Shown here in pieces: positions 1 to 12,700 of a stretch of DNA of 64,000 nt; within the stretch, counting starts at the first letter, position 1, and every line of letters starts with the position of its first letter. Both the position numbers and the translations under genes were made by a program. The stretch comes from Gammaproteobacteria bacterium (GTDB taxonomy: Bacteria > Pseudomonadota > Gammaproteobacteria > JBCCGL01): the NCBI GenBank assembly GCA_965277715.1, contig OZ255836.1:3200001-3264000 (forward strand). Direction: 5' to 3'. The notes under the pieces were generated by a model that saw nothing but the letters and a program-made list of their open reading frames with translations, ran no database searches and was not told the origin of the DNA.

Positions 1-241
1 TGCCGATTGGACAGCATAAAGAAAGTGGCCAAGATGATAAAAACGCACATGCCGAACATATTGACATGGTTTAAGCACACAATAAGTAATGCCGTATCAG
101 AGGGTTTGAATTCAAAAATTCAGACAGTCAAATCGAATGCAAGAGGGTTTCGTTCGTTTGAAAGTTACCGGCGGAGTATTTTGTTTTACTGCGGAAAGCT
201 GGATAGGGAACCAGTGGCTTCACAATAATCGGGGAAGAACC
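1..241 (+). mobile_element. 3' end of an ISL3-family insertion sequence (transposase C-terminus ending at 228 plus right inverted repeat)
   Basis: The translation ...SNAVSEGLNSKIQTVKSNARGFRSFESYRRSILFYCG matches the ISL3 C-terminal motif. The sequence ends ...GGGGAAGAACC at 241, whose reverse complement GGTTCTTC is a typical ISL3 terminus. The 5' part lies outside the window. Confidence 0.85.
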
Positions 242-289
242 ATATTAGATGGATCCTTAACAACGCCATCCAAATGATCTGTAACAAGC

Positions 290-417
290 AAGGGGGGCAG
301 GCTTATTATTCACCATACAACGACTAATACGGATAAAAACAGTGATTTCCAGCAAGAAGTATAGGAAATAACTGCCTTGACCCCTTTTTTCTCTTTTTTC
401 TATGACCCCTTTTTTTT
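290..417. repeat. Short imperfect inverted-repeat element with two TGACCCC(T)n motifs
   Basis: AAGGGGGGCAGGCTTATTATTC (~290-311) pairs imperfectly with GGAAATAACTGCCTTGACCCCTT (~364-386). A second TGACCCCTTTTTTTT lies at ~403-417. Confidence 0.45.
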
Positions 418-432
418 ATAGCTATACTTCAT

Positions 433-735
433 TCAAAAAATATAAATAACTTCACTTTCATTGAAGCCAGCTATATCTCCATAGACATCTAATATCCAAT
501 TTTGACCTGGAGTAGTTTCATTAACTTTATAGCTATCCAGCTCTTCTGGGCTCATGGTTGCTCGAACTGTCGGCTCAAACTCTCGAACTTTGATGGAATC
601 AATTCGGACTTGAGAGTCACTCTTAGACTGTAATACTGAACTGCTTGTGATAGTGCAATCATAGCTTCTAACTACAAACTTTCCACTATTTCCTTCGACC
701 TCGCGAATGAGGCCTAACCAAGCTTTATTCGTCAT
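433..735 (-). CDS. Putative cognate immunity protein (CdiI-like), 100 aa, family not recognised
   Basis: Small gene whose ATG (733-735) overlaps the TGA (732-734) of the giant exoprotein (ATGA coupling). This is the canonical immunity-gene position. Confidence 0.75.
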   Translation of the reverse strand: MTNKAWLGLIREVEGNSGKFVVRSYDCTITSSSVLQSKSDSQVRIDSIKVREFEPTVRATMSPEELDSYKVNETTPGQNWILDVYGDIAGFNESEVIYIF

Positions 736-3700
736 TGATTTAACTCCTTAGCACGACGGACAAATTCATCTATCTGAGTAGAACTTAATGGCGCCGAGGT
801 GCCACCATTTGTTATACCCAAGAGTGTATCATTTAATTGTCCTGGGCCAGAAATTTGATTAGGAATCCCTACTCCCATATCACGCAAAATCTGTGTCGCT
901 TGATTTTGCGTAATCGTAGTTTCGGCTAAATTGACAGCCTGATTCGGTGATATATTGTCGAGCAAAACTTCAAAATCTTGTCTTAGTCCGTAGGGGTTAT
1001 TTGTTGTGGTAATGTTGGGATTGTTGGCGTCGAAAATATGCACAACACCGTCGCCAGGTGTTTCCGCAGCACACGCAGCCGAATTCGCGTAACAAGTCGC
1101 TATAGCTGGATCGGTAGATGTGGGTGTAGCCCCTGCTTGCTGAGTACCTGAACTACCTTCATAACCATCTGTTGTTCCACGGAACAGATAATTTCCATCC
1201 GCAGTTTCATCAACAATGCCCTCCAGGTCCTGATCCAACTCAGAAAACCCACCTGCCTCAGCATCCGTATTCCCCGCTCTAGTCCCTGGGTTCAGTGGAA
1301 TATCCGGTAAGTCTATATTATTAACCCTCGACAACTGCTGTGCCGCCGTTCCAGGCAGTACTATTGAGATAATCGCTCCCGTTCCTTTTAGTTGATTTTG
1401 TGTCGCTTCATCCAGCGCATTCCACTGGGCACTGACTACTTCACCTGTAATGTCATCAAGGTATTCAACACCCGCACCAATCACTTCTCCTGCACGAACT
1501 ATTTCGTCCAACACCGCCTGCGTTTCTTCCGGAAAGGCTTCATATGACAGCTTTATTCCCTCTTCACTGGCAAGCGCCAACCCTCTACTTAGCACGTCTT
1601 CACCAGCACCTATTTTCTCCAGACCTTCTACCGGGTCTCCCTCTCCTGTGCCGGTCACATACAGGGCTACAGCAGTGGCAATGGCTGCCGGGCCTGAGAT
1701 GACTAAATTATCACCCTCATCTTTATCCAACGCCGCAAACTCTGCATTGTTTTCAGCTACACGCTCACTCGTTTCAGTCCCTACACGGTTATTCTCGCTC
1801 GCCAACCCTCCTTCGTAACCATTTACCTCCAGCGCAAACTCCGTGTATTCCGCCAGGTTTTCACCGTAATTGTCCGCATAGCTTTCATTGTCCTGCCTAT
1901 TATCAAGATCTACTTCTTCCGATTGCCTGTCTATCGCATGTGAGGTCTCGTGGCCCGCTGTGGTAATTAATGTCTCTGTATCCGCAATGTACCGATCATT
2001 GATATATGTATCCCCTGTTTCATCCGAATAGTGGCCTCGTACCTGGTCACCACTTTTACCTGGTATATCCGTATCCACCAGCCTGTTTTCGTAGTTTTCA
2101 TAACCCAACTCGGCCATCACCGATGAAGTTACCTGGTTGAGCAGTTGTTCTTTCTCTGCCGGGTTTAGATTCGGGTTTTGCAGTGCATTGGCCAGCGCCG
2201 GGGTGCTGGCTATTTCAGTCTTTACCGCCTCGTAGGTGCGATGGGCTTTATCTGTTTCACTGAAAAAGTCTTCAACTCCTACGCGCTCTGTCGTGGCGAT
2301 CAGTTCGATGGTATTGACGATCATTTCCGATTTAAGAATATCCTCGGCAATCGCCGTTCTTCCTCTTTCTGTCAACAACCGCGTATCCAACGACCCACTC
2401 AGCCCCTGATGCGATTCAATGTCATAAATCGCTACTTCGTTGTCGTCTATATCCCGGTTTAACAGCCGTGTGTTCGAGTTTTCTGCATCACCGAGAACGA
2501 CCTCACCCTCGCCCACTGTTCCCAGGGTTTTGGTTTTGCTGTGTTGATTGTCATTGCTGTAGTCCAGGCTGACGGTCTGCCCAACACCCACACTCACCGA
2601 GGTTGAGCGCGCTTCTACTGTGTTGTTCAGGCTGCCCACTTCCAGGGTGTTGGTAACTAGCGTCAGTTGTTGGTTGTCATTACCGTCTTCATCCACGGCG
2701 GCTATCGTTGCCCCTCGCAATGTCGTCGCTTCCGCCACAGTGATGTCGACTGTTTCACCCAGCAATTGGGTGTCTACGGTGTTTTTGATCACCGATCGCG
2801 CCCTGGCGTTGCTTAGCCCCGCTGAGTTGATGCCACTGCTGCTAAACCCCACACTAGCCCCCTGGGATTGACTGCGGTCTTTGGTGCTGTTTTGCACCGA
2901 GGCCACATGCAGGGTTTGGGTGTTCAGGCTCAGGGTGTCACCCGCCGCTACATCCGCCCCTTTGATCTGCGTGGTATCTCTTGTGTTTATCGTAATGTTA
3001 TTGGCCAACAGGGAGGCGTTGGTTTGTGTGATCTCACGGCGGCTGCTACTGGCGCTGTCACTGCTCAGGTTGACACCACCCCCACTGCCCCCGTACAGAT
3101 CAATGGCGATATTGACGTTTCTATGCTCGGTGCTGGTTTCCCGGGTCGAGAGGTCTTGGGAGGCGAGGACATTTAAGTCCTGACTGTCGATGGTGATGCC
3201 TTCACCGGCTTGCAGGTGACTGCCCTGCACTGTAGCGGTGTTGTTGGCATTGATGGTAATCGTGTTACCCGCACTCAACGTCGAGGCCACTGAACGCTGC
3301 TGGGCTTCACTCAGTTGTTCTTCCAATACATCCAGGTCAATTTCAAGGCCCGCGTTAAAGCCGTAGGTGCCGCTGCTCGCCGCTGCCTTGGCTATCTGCG
3401 CCGCCACGGCTGTGGTTTTGGTTGCAAGGTTCGCCGCTGCCAGGGCGATGTTCGCCTGGTAGAAGGCATCGTCTGAGGCCAGGTCGTCTATATAGTCCTG
3501 GAGTTCGTCTATATCCGTCTGTTCTATCCCCAGCCGGTTGTTTTGAAGGTCTGTTTTCAGTTGCGCCAGGTGTTGCTGTTGGCGGCTCAGGTCGTCTTTG
3601 TATTGGTCGTAGCTGTCTTTGGCCTGGCTCAACTGGTCTTTTGCTTTCTTCGCCGCCTGCACTACCGGGACGATTTGCGCGTATTCGTTTTTGACAACGA

Positions 3701-6700
3701 ACGACACTTCCGCCTTGCCATGAAATTCCTCGGACTCGGTATCGGTGGTTTCTTTGCCCTCTTTGATCGTCATATCACCACTGGCTGCCAGCTCGATATT
3801 TTCATCCGCCGCCAGGTTACTCCCCTGCACGGTGATATTGCCTTTGTCCTCCTCCCCTGATGTGGCATTCAACTCGATATTATTGGCGTGTAGGTTGCTG
3901 CTAACCACGGTGGTCGTGGTCGTGGTCGTCTCCGCTTTATCGATGGTCGCTTTGGCCAGGGTGATTGATAGCTTGCCGTCGTCGGTTTTTACCAGCTTAT
4001 CCGGGCGGGTCAGGGTTTTGGCCACATCGCCCAGGCTGATGGTGGTCTTGGTGTGTTTCGAGTAAGTCTTTTCTTCGCTCAGGGCATTTTCTATACGGAT
4101 ATCCTGCCCACTGGCGCTCAGTGTGTCGGTGGCGTCGACATCGACACCGCGCAGGGTGATATCTCGCTGGGCGGTAATCGCAATACTCCCACCGCCCAGG
4201 GCCGACGAGACCGCCGTTTTGTTGATGCGCCCCTCCAGGTCTTCGCTCTTGGAATACAGGGCGCCACCGCTGAAAAACCCCGATTTTTTCGTGTGCGATT
4301 CACTGAGTGCCCCGTCATAGCCCGCCTCGATAGTGATATCCCGCTCGCTGGTCAGGGTCAGTTGATCATCGGCGATAACACGCGATCCGGTGATATCAAT
4401 ATCCCGCTGCGTGCTGACCAATTCAACCGTAGCGCCACTGAGCTGCGCGCCGATATTCGTCGAGCTTGCGTTTTTCGTCGTGGTGGTTTTTTTGGAAAAC
4501 GTGCTTTTTTTGGTGGTTTTTATCTCTGTGTAGTGGCTGTCATTAACCGCTTCAATGGCGATATTGCCCGCCCGGATTGCCAGGGCATCGTTAGCCGCAA
4601 CGGTGGAACCGGCTATGCGCGTGGTGTCGGTACTGCGCAGGTCAATCGTGTCCGCTTTAATACTGGAAGCCAGGTTTGTGGTGGATTGCCGCTTGATGTA
4701 ATTTTTGCTATCTCCTCCAAAAAAGTTGGTGTTTTGTACCGTGGTATTAACATCAATCGTATTGGCCGATATTTCAACGGTATTCGCCGTCAGGGTAGAA
4801 CCCTGTACCTGCACGGCTTCGCCTGCGTCCACAGTCAAGCGGTTGCTGGCCTGGATTTGCCCTGCCCGGCCTATCAGGTTTTTCGTGTCTGTTGTTCTGC
4901 CGCTGGAGTAGTTGACGGCTTCAATATAACGCTGGTTGACGACATTCCCCCCGGCGGTCAGGTCGATATCCTTGCCTTTGATCAGGCCGGAGGTATTGAT
5001 AATATCCTGCTCTGCTACCAGGCTCAGGCGGTTATCGGCGGTCAGTCGACCGCCCAGGTTATTAACTCCCTCGTTTGCCGCAATGGCAAGGTTATTGCCC
5101 GCCTGAAAGGTGCCGGTGTTATCCAGTTGATCGACGCCCAGGTCGATATCCCCCCCGGCAATCACCCGGCTGCCTTCTAAGGCATAACGACTGGCATTGG
5201 CGATATACACCTGCGGCACCAGGACTCTTTCGCCCGCGACAATCTGCTCTTCAAACCAGACAATATCCTGGGTCAGCGCGTTGATCTGTGCCTCGGTAAC
5301 AGCGACGCCCAGCACCAGTTGCAGGTCACCCTGGGCGCGCAGGGCATTGTCCATCAGGTATTGGTATTGGGTATTGTCATCAGTGATTTCCTTGTGCAGA
5401 AAACGCCGACCCGTCTGGGCATAGATGCTCTCACGGATCAGTGTTTGCTCGTAGAAGGCATCACCCACACGTTTTTGCTCAACTTCAGGGTCGTAGTCAA
5501 CCTGCTCCAGTAAATAGTTGCTGCTGATGAAATTTGCATACAGGGTGAGTTCTGGGTTGGTTTCGATCAGGAACCCCGATTGTGGGTCCTGGCTGGCGAC
5601 AAACAGACCAAAGTTATCCGCTGGCAAGGTGATGTCTGATACAACCACAGCCGGTTGTGCGGTAGGGTTCAGGTTGATATCGCGGGCCTGGGCATCGTTG
5701 GCATTATTGTCCACCTGGGCGGCGTCTGTCGTTTGTGTGCGGGCATTGACGGCCTGGTTATCGACTGGCGCTACATCGAGTGTCTGTGTGTTGGCTTGCG
5801 CCTGAGTGGCTTCTACCTGGGTAACGTCCGCCACCATTTCTTGGGTTTGGATATCACCATTGTCAATTTGTGTCGTGCCAATGGCCTGTGTATTCGCCTG
5901 CACATGATTGGCTTCTACCGAGCCGTTGTCTGTCATTATCTCGCGGGCATCAATGCCACCATTACCAATTGCCGTATTAGTGATCGCTTGCGCGTTTGCC
6001 TGTACCTGGTCGGCTTCTATCTGACCATTGTTCGCCAGTATCTCGCGGGCATCAATAGCACCATTACCAATCGCCGTATTAGCGATCGCTTGCGCGTTTG
6101 CCTGTACCTGCGTGGCTTCCACCTCACTATTGCCCACCATCATCCCATGGGATTCAATACCCTCATTACCAATTGCCATGTTAGCGATCGCTTGCGCGTT
6201 CGCCTGCACCTGGTCGGCTTCTATCTGGCCATTGCTCGCCAGCATCTCGCGGGACTGAATATCACCATTATCAATATGCGTGGTGTCGATAGTTTGCGCA
6301 TTCGCCTGCACTTCTGTGGCTTCCACCTGGCTGTTGCCCGCCGTCATTTGGCGGGCATCAATAACACCATTCTCTATCTGCGTGGTGCCAATGGTTTGCG
6401 TATCCACCTGCACCTGCGCCGTTTCTACCTGGCTATTGTTCGCCGTCATTTGGCGGGCATCAATAGCGCCATTCTCTATTTGTGTATTGCCAACGGTTTG
6501 CGTCTGGGCCTGTGTCTGCGTGGCCTGTACAGAATCACCGTCCTGGGTAACCGACTGGCGGGCCTGGATATCGTCAACCTGGGTATTATTGATCGATGCG
6601 GTATTGGCCTGAGTCTGCATGGTTTGAATGGTGGCACTGCCCCCGGCGTCTACCTGCTGGGTCTCGGTGGTATCGATAGGCACGTTATCGATGGCCTGGG

Positions 6701-9700
6701 TATTGGCCTGTATTTGCGTGGTTTGGGTTTGCGTACTGGCACCTACTACCGCCTGGCCACCCTGAATGTTACCGTTGCTGAAATTGCCTGCATGGCCGGT
6801 GATATTACCGCCTGCTTGGATGGTTGAACCGATGGTTTGCACAACGTCGACGGTTTTTTGAATATTTTCAGGGTTTCCAAGTGGCTCACAACTATCAGGA
6901 TAGTTGGGTCCATTCCAGCAAACTCCAATTTGTTGGAATGTTGTTGTTACTTCTACTACTTCTACTGTGCTGTTATCCACTACCCGTGATGACAGTGCAA
7001 TATCTCCCCCTGCACTGATCAACGAATATCCATTGGCAATTGTGTCTACATTCAAGTTTATATGCCCCCCCGCGTTAATCTCAGCAGGCGGTGCTATGTC
7101 TATCAGTTTTACTCTATCAACTACGGAACGATTCAATCGGTAAAAACGGATACCAAGGACATAGATTATGGTCGTAGCAGATGAAATTGTGTCTGATATT
7201 CGTTCACCACCTGTAATCGTTTGAGTACCCGGGTTGTAAGTACCTTGCACCGTCGGCGCATCGGTGGTGTTCTGCAACTGCTGAGCGTAAATTGCAATAT
7301 CGCCGTTGTAGGTTTGAATAGCACCCCCGATATTTTTGACGAGACTTGTTTTTCCTCCATTATTGCCTGCCGATATAAGCAAATTATTGTAGGCAAAAAC
7401 AGTACCATTCAGACCATTTGCCAGGGTGTTTTGGATATCAAACACCATATCATTCCCGGCAAATAGCGTCCTGATATTGCTCATATTGACAGCCGTAAAA
7501 GTTAAGTTATTACCCGCATTAAAAAAGCCTTGATTGCCAATAGCAGGCCCCGTTACAAGCAGGTCACCCTGTGCACTAATACGTGATTGGTTAGCAAGCA
7601 CATTGGTGGCGTGCAGTTGGCTGCTGCCTACGCCACCGCTGATGGTGGCGTGGTTAGTTATGTCGTAGGCACTAAGGTGCAACGCCCCACCGCTGGACAG
7701 GGTTTCGTAGTTAGTGAGTGCACCCTGTGTGGTTAAGGTCAGGTCACCGTTGGCGAGCAAATCCGCTCGGTTGGTGATGTAGTCGTTGGCGATAATATGC
7801 AGGTTGCCGTTAGCGCCGATAGCCGAGCCTGCTACATTATTCAGAGCGTCCAGGGTCAGGGTCAGGTCACCGGCGGCGTAGAGGTCTGAGCCGTCGAGGT
7901 TAATGCCGTGGGTGGTCAGAGCCAGACCATTGGCCGAGGCCACTTGGGCGTTGCTGTTATCCAGGTAGTTGCTTTGCAGCCGGGTGTTTTGCTGGCTTTG
8001 GATCAGGCCATTGCTGTTTGTCAGGGTTTGGCTGATGGCAATGTCCAGGTCGTTATTACTAAGCAATCTACCATCCGTGTTATTTAGTGTGTTTGCCTGG
8101 ATATCAACGGCACCCAGGGCCGCGATTTGGGCGTTTTGATTATTGATGTCGCCGCTGGTGATCAGCGACAGGGTGCCATCACTGCTCAGTTGTTGTTGAT
8201 TGGTGATGGTGGCCGCCGTTAATGACAGGGCATTGTTGGCGTGCAGGGTGCCGCTGTTTAAGGCGGTTGATGTGGCGGTGAGGGTGGCATTATCAGCGAT
8301 AAGGGTGTGCTGGTTTGTCAGGGTGTCTGCGGTAACGGTCAGCGATTCATTGGCCTGGATGGTGCCGTTGTTGTTCAGCGCGCCGTCTATCGCCAGCGTG
8401 ATGTCTTCAACCGCCAGCAGATTGGCGTCGTTTGTCAGGGTCAGGGTGTCCGCGTTGATGCCCACCTGGGTGGCGGAGATTTCACCGCCGTTACCAGCGA
8501 GAGTGGTGGCGTCGACCGTCAAGGTATTGCTGGCAGTAATATCACCACTATTGTTCAGGGTTTGGGTGGTGATTTGCTGATTGTTATTGGCGTGCAGTGT
8601 GCCCTGGTTGTTTAGGCGAGTGGTCGCTGTGGTGGTCAGTATATTACCCGCCAGGATATTCTGGCTATTGGTGACGGTATTGGCGTTGAGGGCAATATCG
8701 TGAGTGGCTTGCAGGTTGCCACTGTTATCGATATGCGTGGCACTGAGCTGGGCATCGGTGGCCAGTAGGGTGTTTTGATTCAGCAGCGTCGCCGCGCTGA
8801 CAGCCAGGCTATCGTTGGCCTGGATGGTGCCGTTGTTGGTAAGGGTATTGGCTATATCCAGATTTATGTCTTCCACCGCCAGTAGGTTCGTATTGTTCAG
8901 GGTCAACGCATCGGCAGCAATAGCCACCTGGGTGCCAGATACTTCACCCCCGGTGCTGTTAATACCGGTGGCATTGATATTCAGGGTATTAGTGGCGGTG
9001 ATGTCACCGCTGTTGCTCAAGGCTTGCGTGGTGAGCTGTTGGTTGTTGTTGGCGTGCAGCGCGCCCTGGTTATTCAGGCTGTTGGCCGCGTTGATCGACA
9101 GGCTATTGCTCGCCAGGATGTTGTGGGTGTTGTTAAGCGTATTGGTGTTAAGCGTGGCATCCTGTGCAGCTTGCAAGGTGCCGCTGTTGTCGATAGTGGT
9201 AGCTGTCACTGTGGCATCGGTGGCCGCCAGGGTGGCGCGGTTATCCAGGCTGGCGGTGTTCAATATCAGGGCATTGTCTGCCTGCACAACACCGGCATTG
9301 TTGCGTACCGCACCGCTGTTGGTAATAGCCAGATCGTGGCTGCTGAGGATATTGCCGCTGTTGGTAATTTCCCCCGTCGTCAGGGTGGTGTCGGTGGCCA
9401 GTAGGCTGCGTTGATTGACCAGCACATCAGCATTAATGGCCAAGGCATCGTTGGCTTGTATTGTGCCGTTGTTGTCCAGGGTGTCGCTAACTGTCAGGGT
9501 AAGGTCTTCAACGGCCAGCAAGTTGGTATCTGCCAGGGTCAGGTTATCCGCATTAATGCCGACCTGGGTGGCAGAGATTTCACCCGCAGTACTGTTAAAG
9601 GTAGTAGAGGCGATATTCAGTGCGTTGCTGGCGGTGATATTGCCGCTGTTACTATTCGTCAGTGTCTGCGTGGTCAACTGTTGGTTGTTGTTGGCGTGTA

Positions 9701-12700
9701 GGGTGCCCTGGTTATTCAGGCTGTTGCTGGCGGTGATTGCCAGGGTGTTATTCGCCAGGATCGTCTGCTGGTTTACCAAGCTATCCGTGGTAAGGCTGAT
9801 ATCGTGGGTGGCCTGTATATCCCCGCTGTTGGTGAGTGTCGTGCTGCTGAGGGTAGTATCGGTGGCCAGCAAAGTGCGCTGATTGACCAGATTATCAGTG
9901 CTGACGGTCAGGGTGTCGTTGGCCTGGATGGTGCCGTTGTTGGTAAGGGTATTGGCGATATCCAGGTCGATATCTTCCACCGCCAGCAGGTGCGTATTGG
10001 CCAGGGTCAGCGCATCGGCATCGATGGCCACCTGGGTGGCCGACACCTCACCTCCCGTGCTGCTAATACCGGCAGCGGTGATGTTCAGGGCATTAGTGGC
10101 GGTGATGTCACCGCTGTTGCTCAAGGCTTGCGTGGTGAGCTGTTGGTTGTTGTTGGCGTGCAGCGCACCCTGGTTGTTCAGGCTGTTGGCCGCGTTGATC
10201 GACAGGCTATTGCCCGCCAGAATGTTGTGGGTGTTGCTAAGTGTGCTCGTGTTAAGCGTGGCATCCTGCGCGGCTTGCAGGGTGCCGCTGTTGTCGATAG
10301 TAGTGGCCATTACTGTGGTGTCGGTGGCCGCCAGGGTGGCACGGTTGTCCAGGCTGGCGGTGTTCAGTATCAGGGCATTGTCTGCCTGCACAGCGCCTGC
10401 ATTGTTGCGTACCGCACCGCTGTTGGTGATAGTCAGGTCGTGGCTACTGAGGATATTGCCGCTGTTGGTAATTTCACCGGTCGTCAGGGTGGTGTCAGTG
10501 GCCAATAGGGTGCGTTGATTGACCAGATTATCCGCGCTGACGGTTAAGGTGTCGTTGGCCTGGATGGTGGCGTTGTTGGTGAGGGTGTCGCTAACTGTCA
10601 GAGTAAGGTCTTTAACGGCCAGTAGGTTGGTGTCTGCCAGGGTCAGGTTATCTGCATTAATGCCGACCTGGGTGGCGGAGATTTCACCCGCCGTGCTGTT
10701 AAGGCTAGTGACGGTGATGTCCAGGGCGTTGCTGGCAGTGATATTGCCGCTGTTATTGCCCCCGCTATTATTCAGGGTTTGAACGGTGAGCTGTTGGTTG
10801 TTGTTGGCGTGTAGCGTGCCCTGGTTGTTCAGGCGATTGCTGGCGGTGATCGCCAGTGTATTGCCTGCCAGGATATTTTGATCGTTGGATAGATCGACTG
10901 TATTTAGGGTTGCGTTGTTCTCGGCCTGTAGATTGCCGTTGTTATTGAGGGTAGCGGCGTCGAGGGTAATATTTGTGGCTAGCAGTGTGTCCTGATTCTC
11001 CAGGCCATCGGTGGTGATTGTCAGGGTGTCGTTAGCCTGCAAGGCACCCGCATTGTTGCGCACCATACCGCTGTTGGTGATATGCAGATCGTGGCTGCCC
11101 AGGATATTACCGCTATTGGTAATACTGCCTGTGGTGAGGGTGGTGTCCGTGGCCAGCAGGGTACGTCGATTGACCAGCGCACCTGCGGTGATATTCAGGG
11201 CGTTGTTGGCTTGAATAACACCGTTGTTATCGAGGCTGTCACTCGCCGTCAGGGTGAGGTCTTGCACGGCCAGCAACTGGCTGTCGACCACGCGCAACGT
11301 GCCTGTATCAATATCAACCTGAACAGCCGATAGTTCCCCCCCGCTACTGTTTAGCGTGGTGGCCGTAATATCCAGTGCATTACTGGCGGTGATGTTGTGG
11401 CTGTTGCTCAGCGCCTGGGCGGTGATTTGCTGGGTGTTGTTAGCGTGCAAGGTGCCCTGGTTATTGAGGCTGTCGATCGCGGTGATCGCCAATACATTGC
11501 CCGCCAGGATGTTGTGCTGATTGCTGATGTTATCGGCACTCAGGGTGAGGTTATGACTACCCTGTATATCACCGCTGTTACTCAAAGTGGTGGCCGTGAC
11601 GGTGGTGTCAGTCGCCGTTAGGGTGGTGCGGTTATCCAGGGTCTGGGTATTTACGGTCAGCGCATTGCCCGCCTGTACACTGCCCGCCCGATTAAGCACC
11701 GCGCCGCTGTTGGTGATAGTCAGGTCGCGGCTATTGAGGATACTGCCGCTGTTGTCAATGCCACCAGTGGTCAAGGTGGTGTCGGTGGCCAACAGGGTAC
11801 GCTGATTGACCAGGGCGCCCGCCGTAACGGCCAGTGTATCGTTAGCCTGAATGGTGCCGTTATTGGTCAACGTATCACTGGCATTTAGGGTGATATCGTC
11901 GACTGCCAGCAGGTTGGTATCGGTCAGGGTCAGTGTGCGGGTATCGATGTTCACGTCAACCGCCGAGAGTTCCCCTGCTGTACTACTGATATCAGTAGCG
12001 GTTATGCCTAATGTGTTACTGGCGGTTATATCCTGGCTGTTGCTCAGGGTATGGGTGGTGAGCTGTTGGCGGTTATTGGCGTGCAACGCGCCCTGGTTAT
12101 CCAGGCTGTCGGTCGCTGTAATCGTCAGGGCATTGCCTGCCAGAATGCTCTGGTTGTTAGTCAATGTTGCCGTGGTGAGGGTGACATCGTGCGCCGCCTG
12201 AAGATCACCGCTGTTGTCGATAGTGGTGGCCGTCACCGTGGCATCGGTGGCCGCCAGGGTGGCGCGGTTGTCCAGGGTGTCGGTGGTGAGTGTCAGGGCA
12301 TTGTCTGCCTGTACTGTGCCCGTGTTGTTGCGCACGGCACCGCTGTTGGTGATGGTCAGGTCGTGGCTACTGAGGATATTGCCACTGTTGCTAATATTAT
12401 CGGTGGTCAGGGTGGTGTCTGCGGCCAGGAGTGTGCGCTGGTTGACTAGCGTGCCCGCTGTAACTGTCAGGGTATTGTTGGCTTGAACGGTGCCGTCGTT
12501 GTTGAGTGTATCGCTTACATCCAGTGTTATATCGTCAACCGCTAACAGCCCGCTGTCTGTCAGGGCCAGAGTAGCGGTGTCGATAGCCACTGCCGTAGCG
12601 GATAGCTCACCTGCGGTGCTGTGCAGGTCTGTCGCGGTAATACTCAAGGTATTGCTGGCGGTAATATCCTCGCTATTGGTCAGGATTTGGGTGGTAATCG

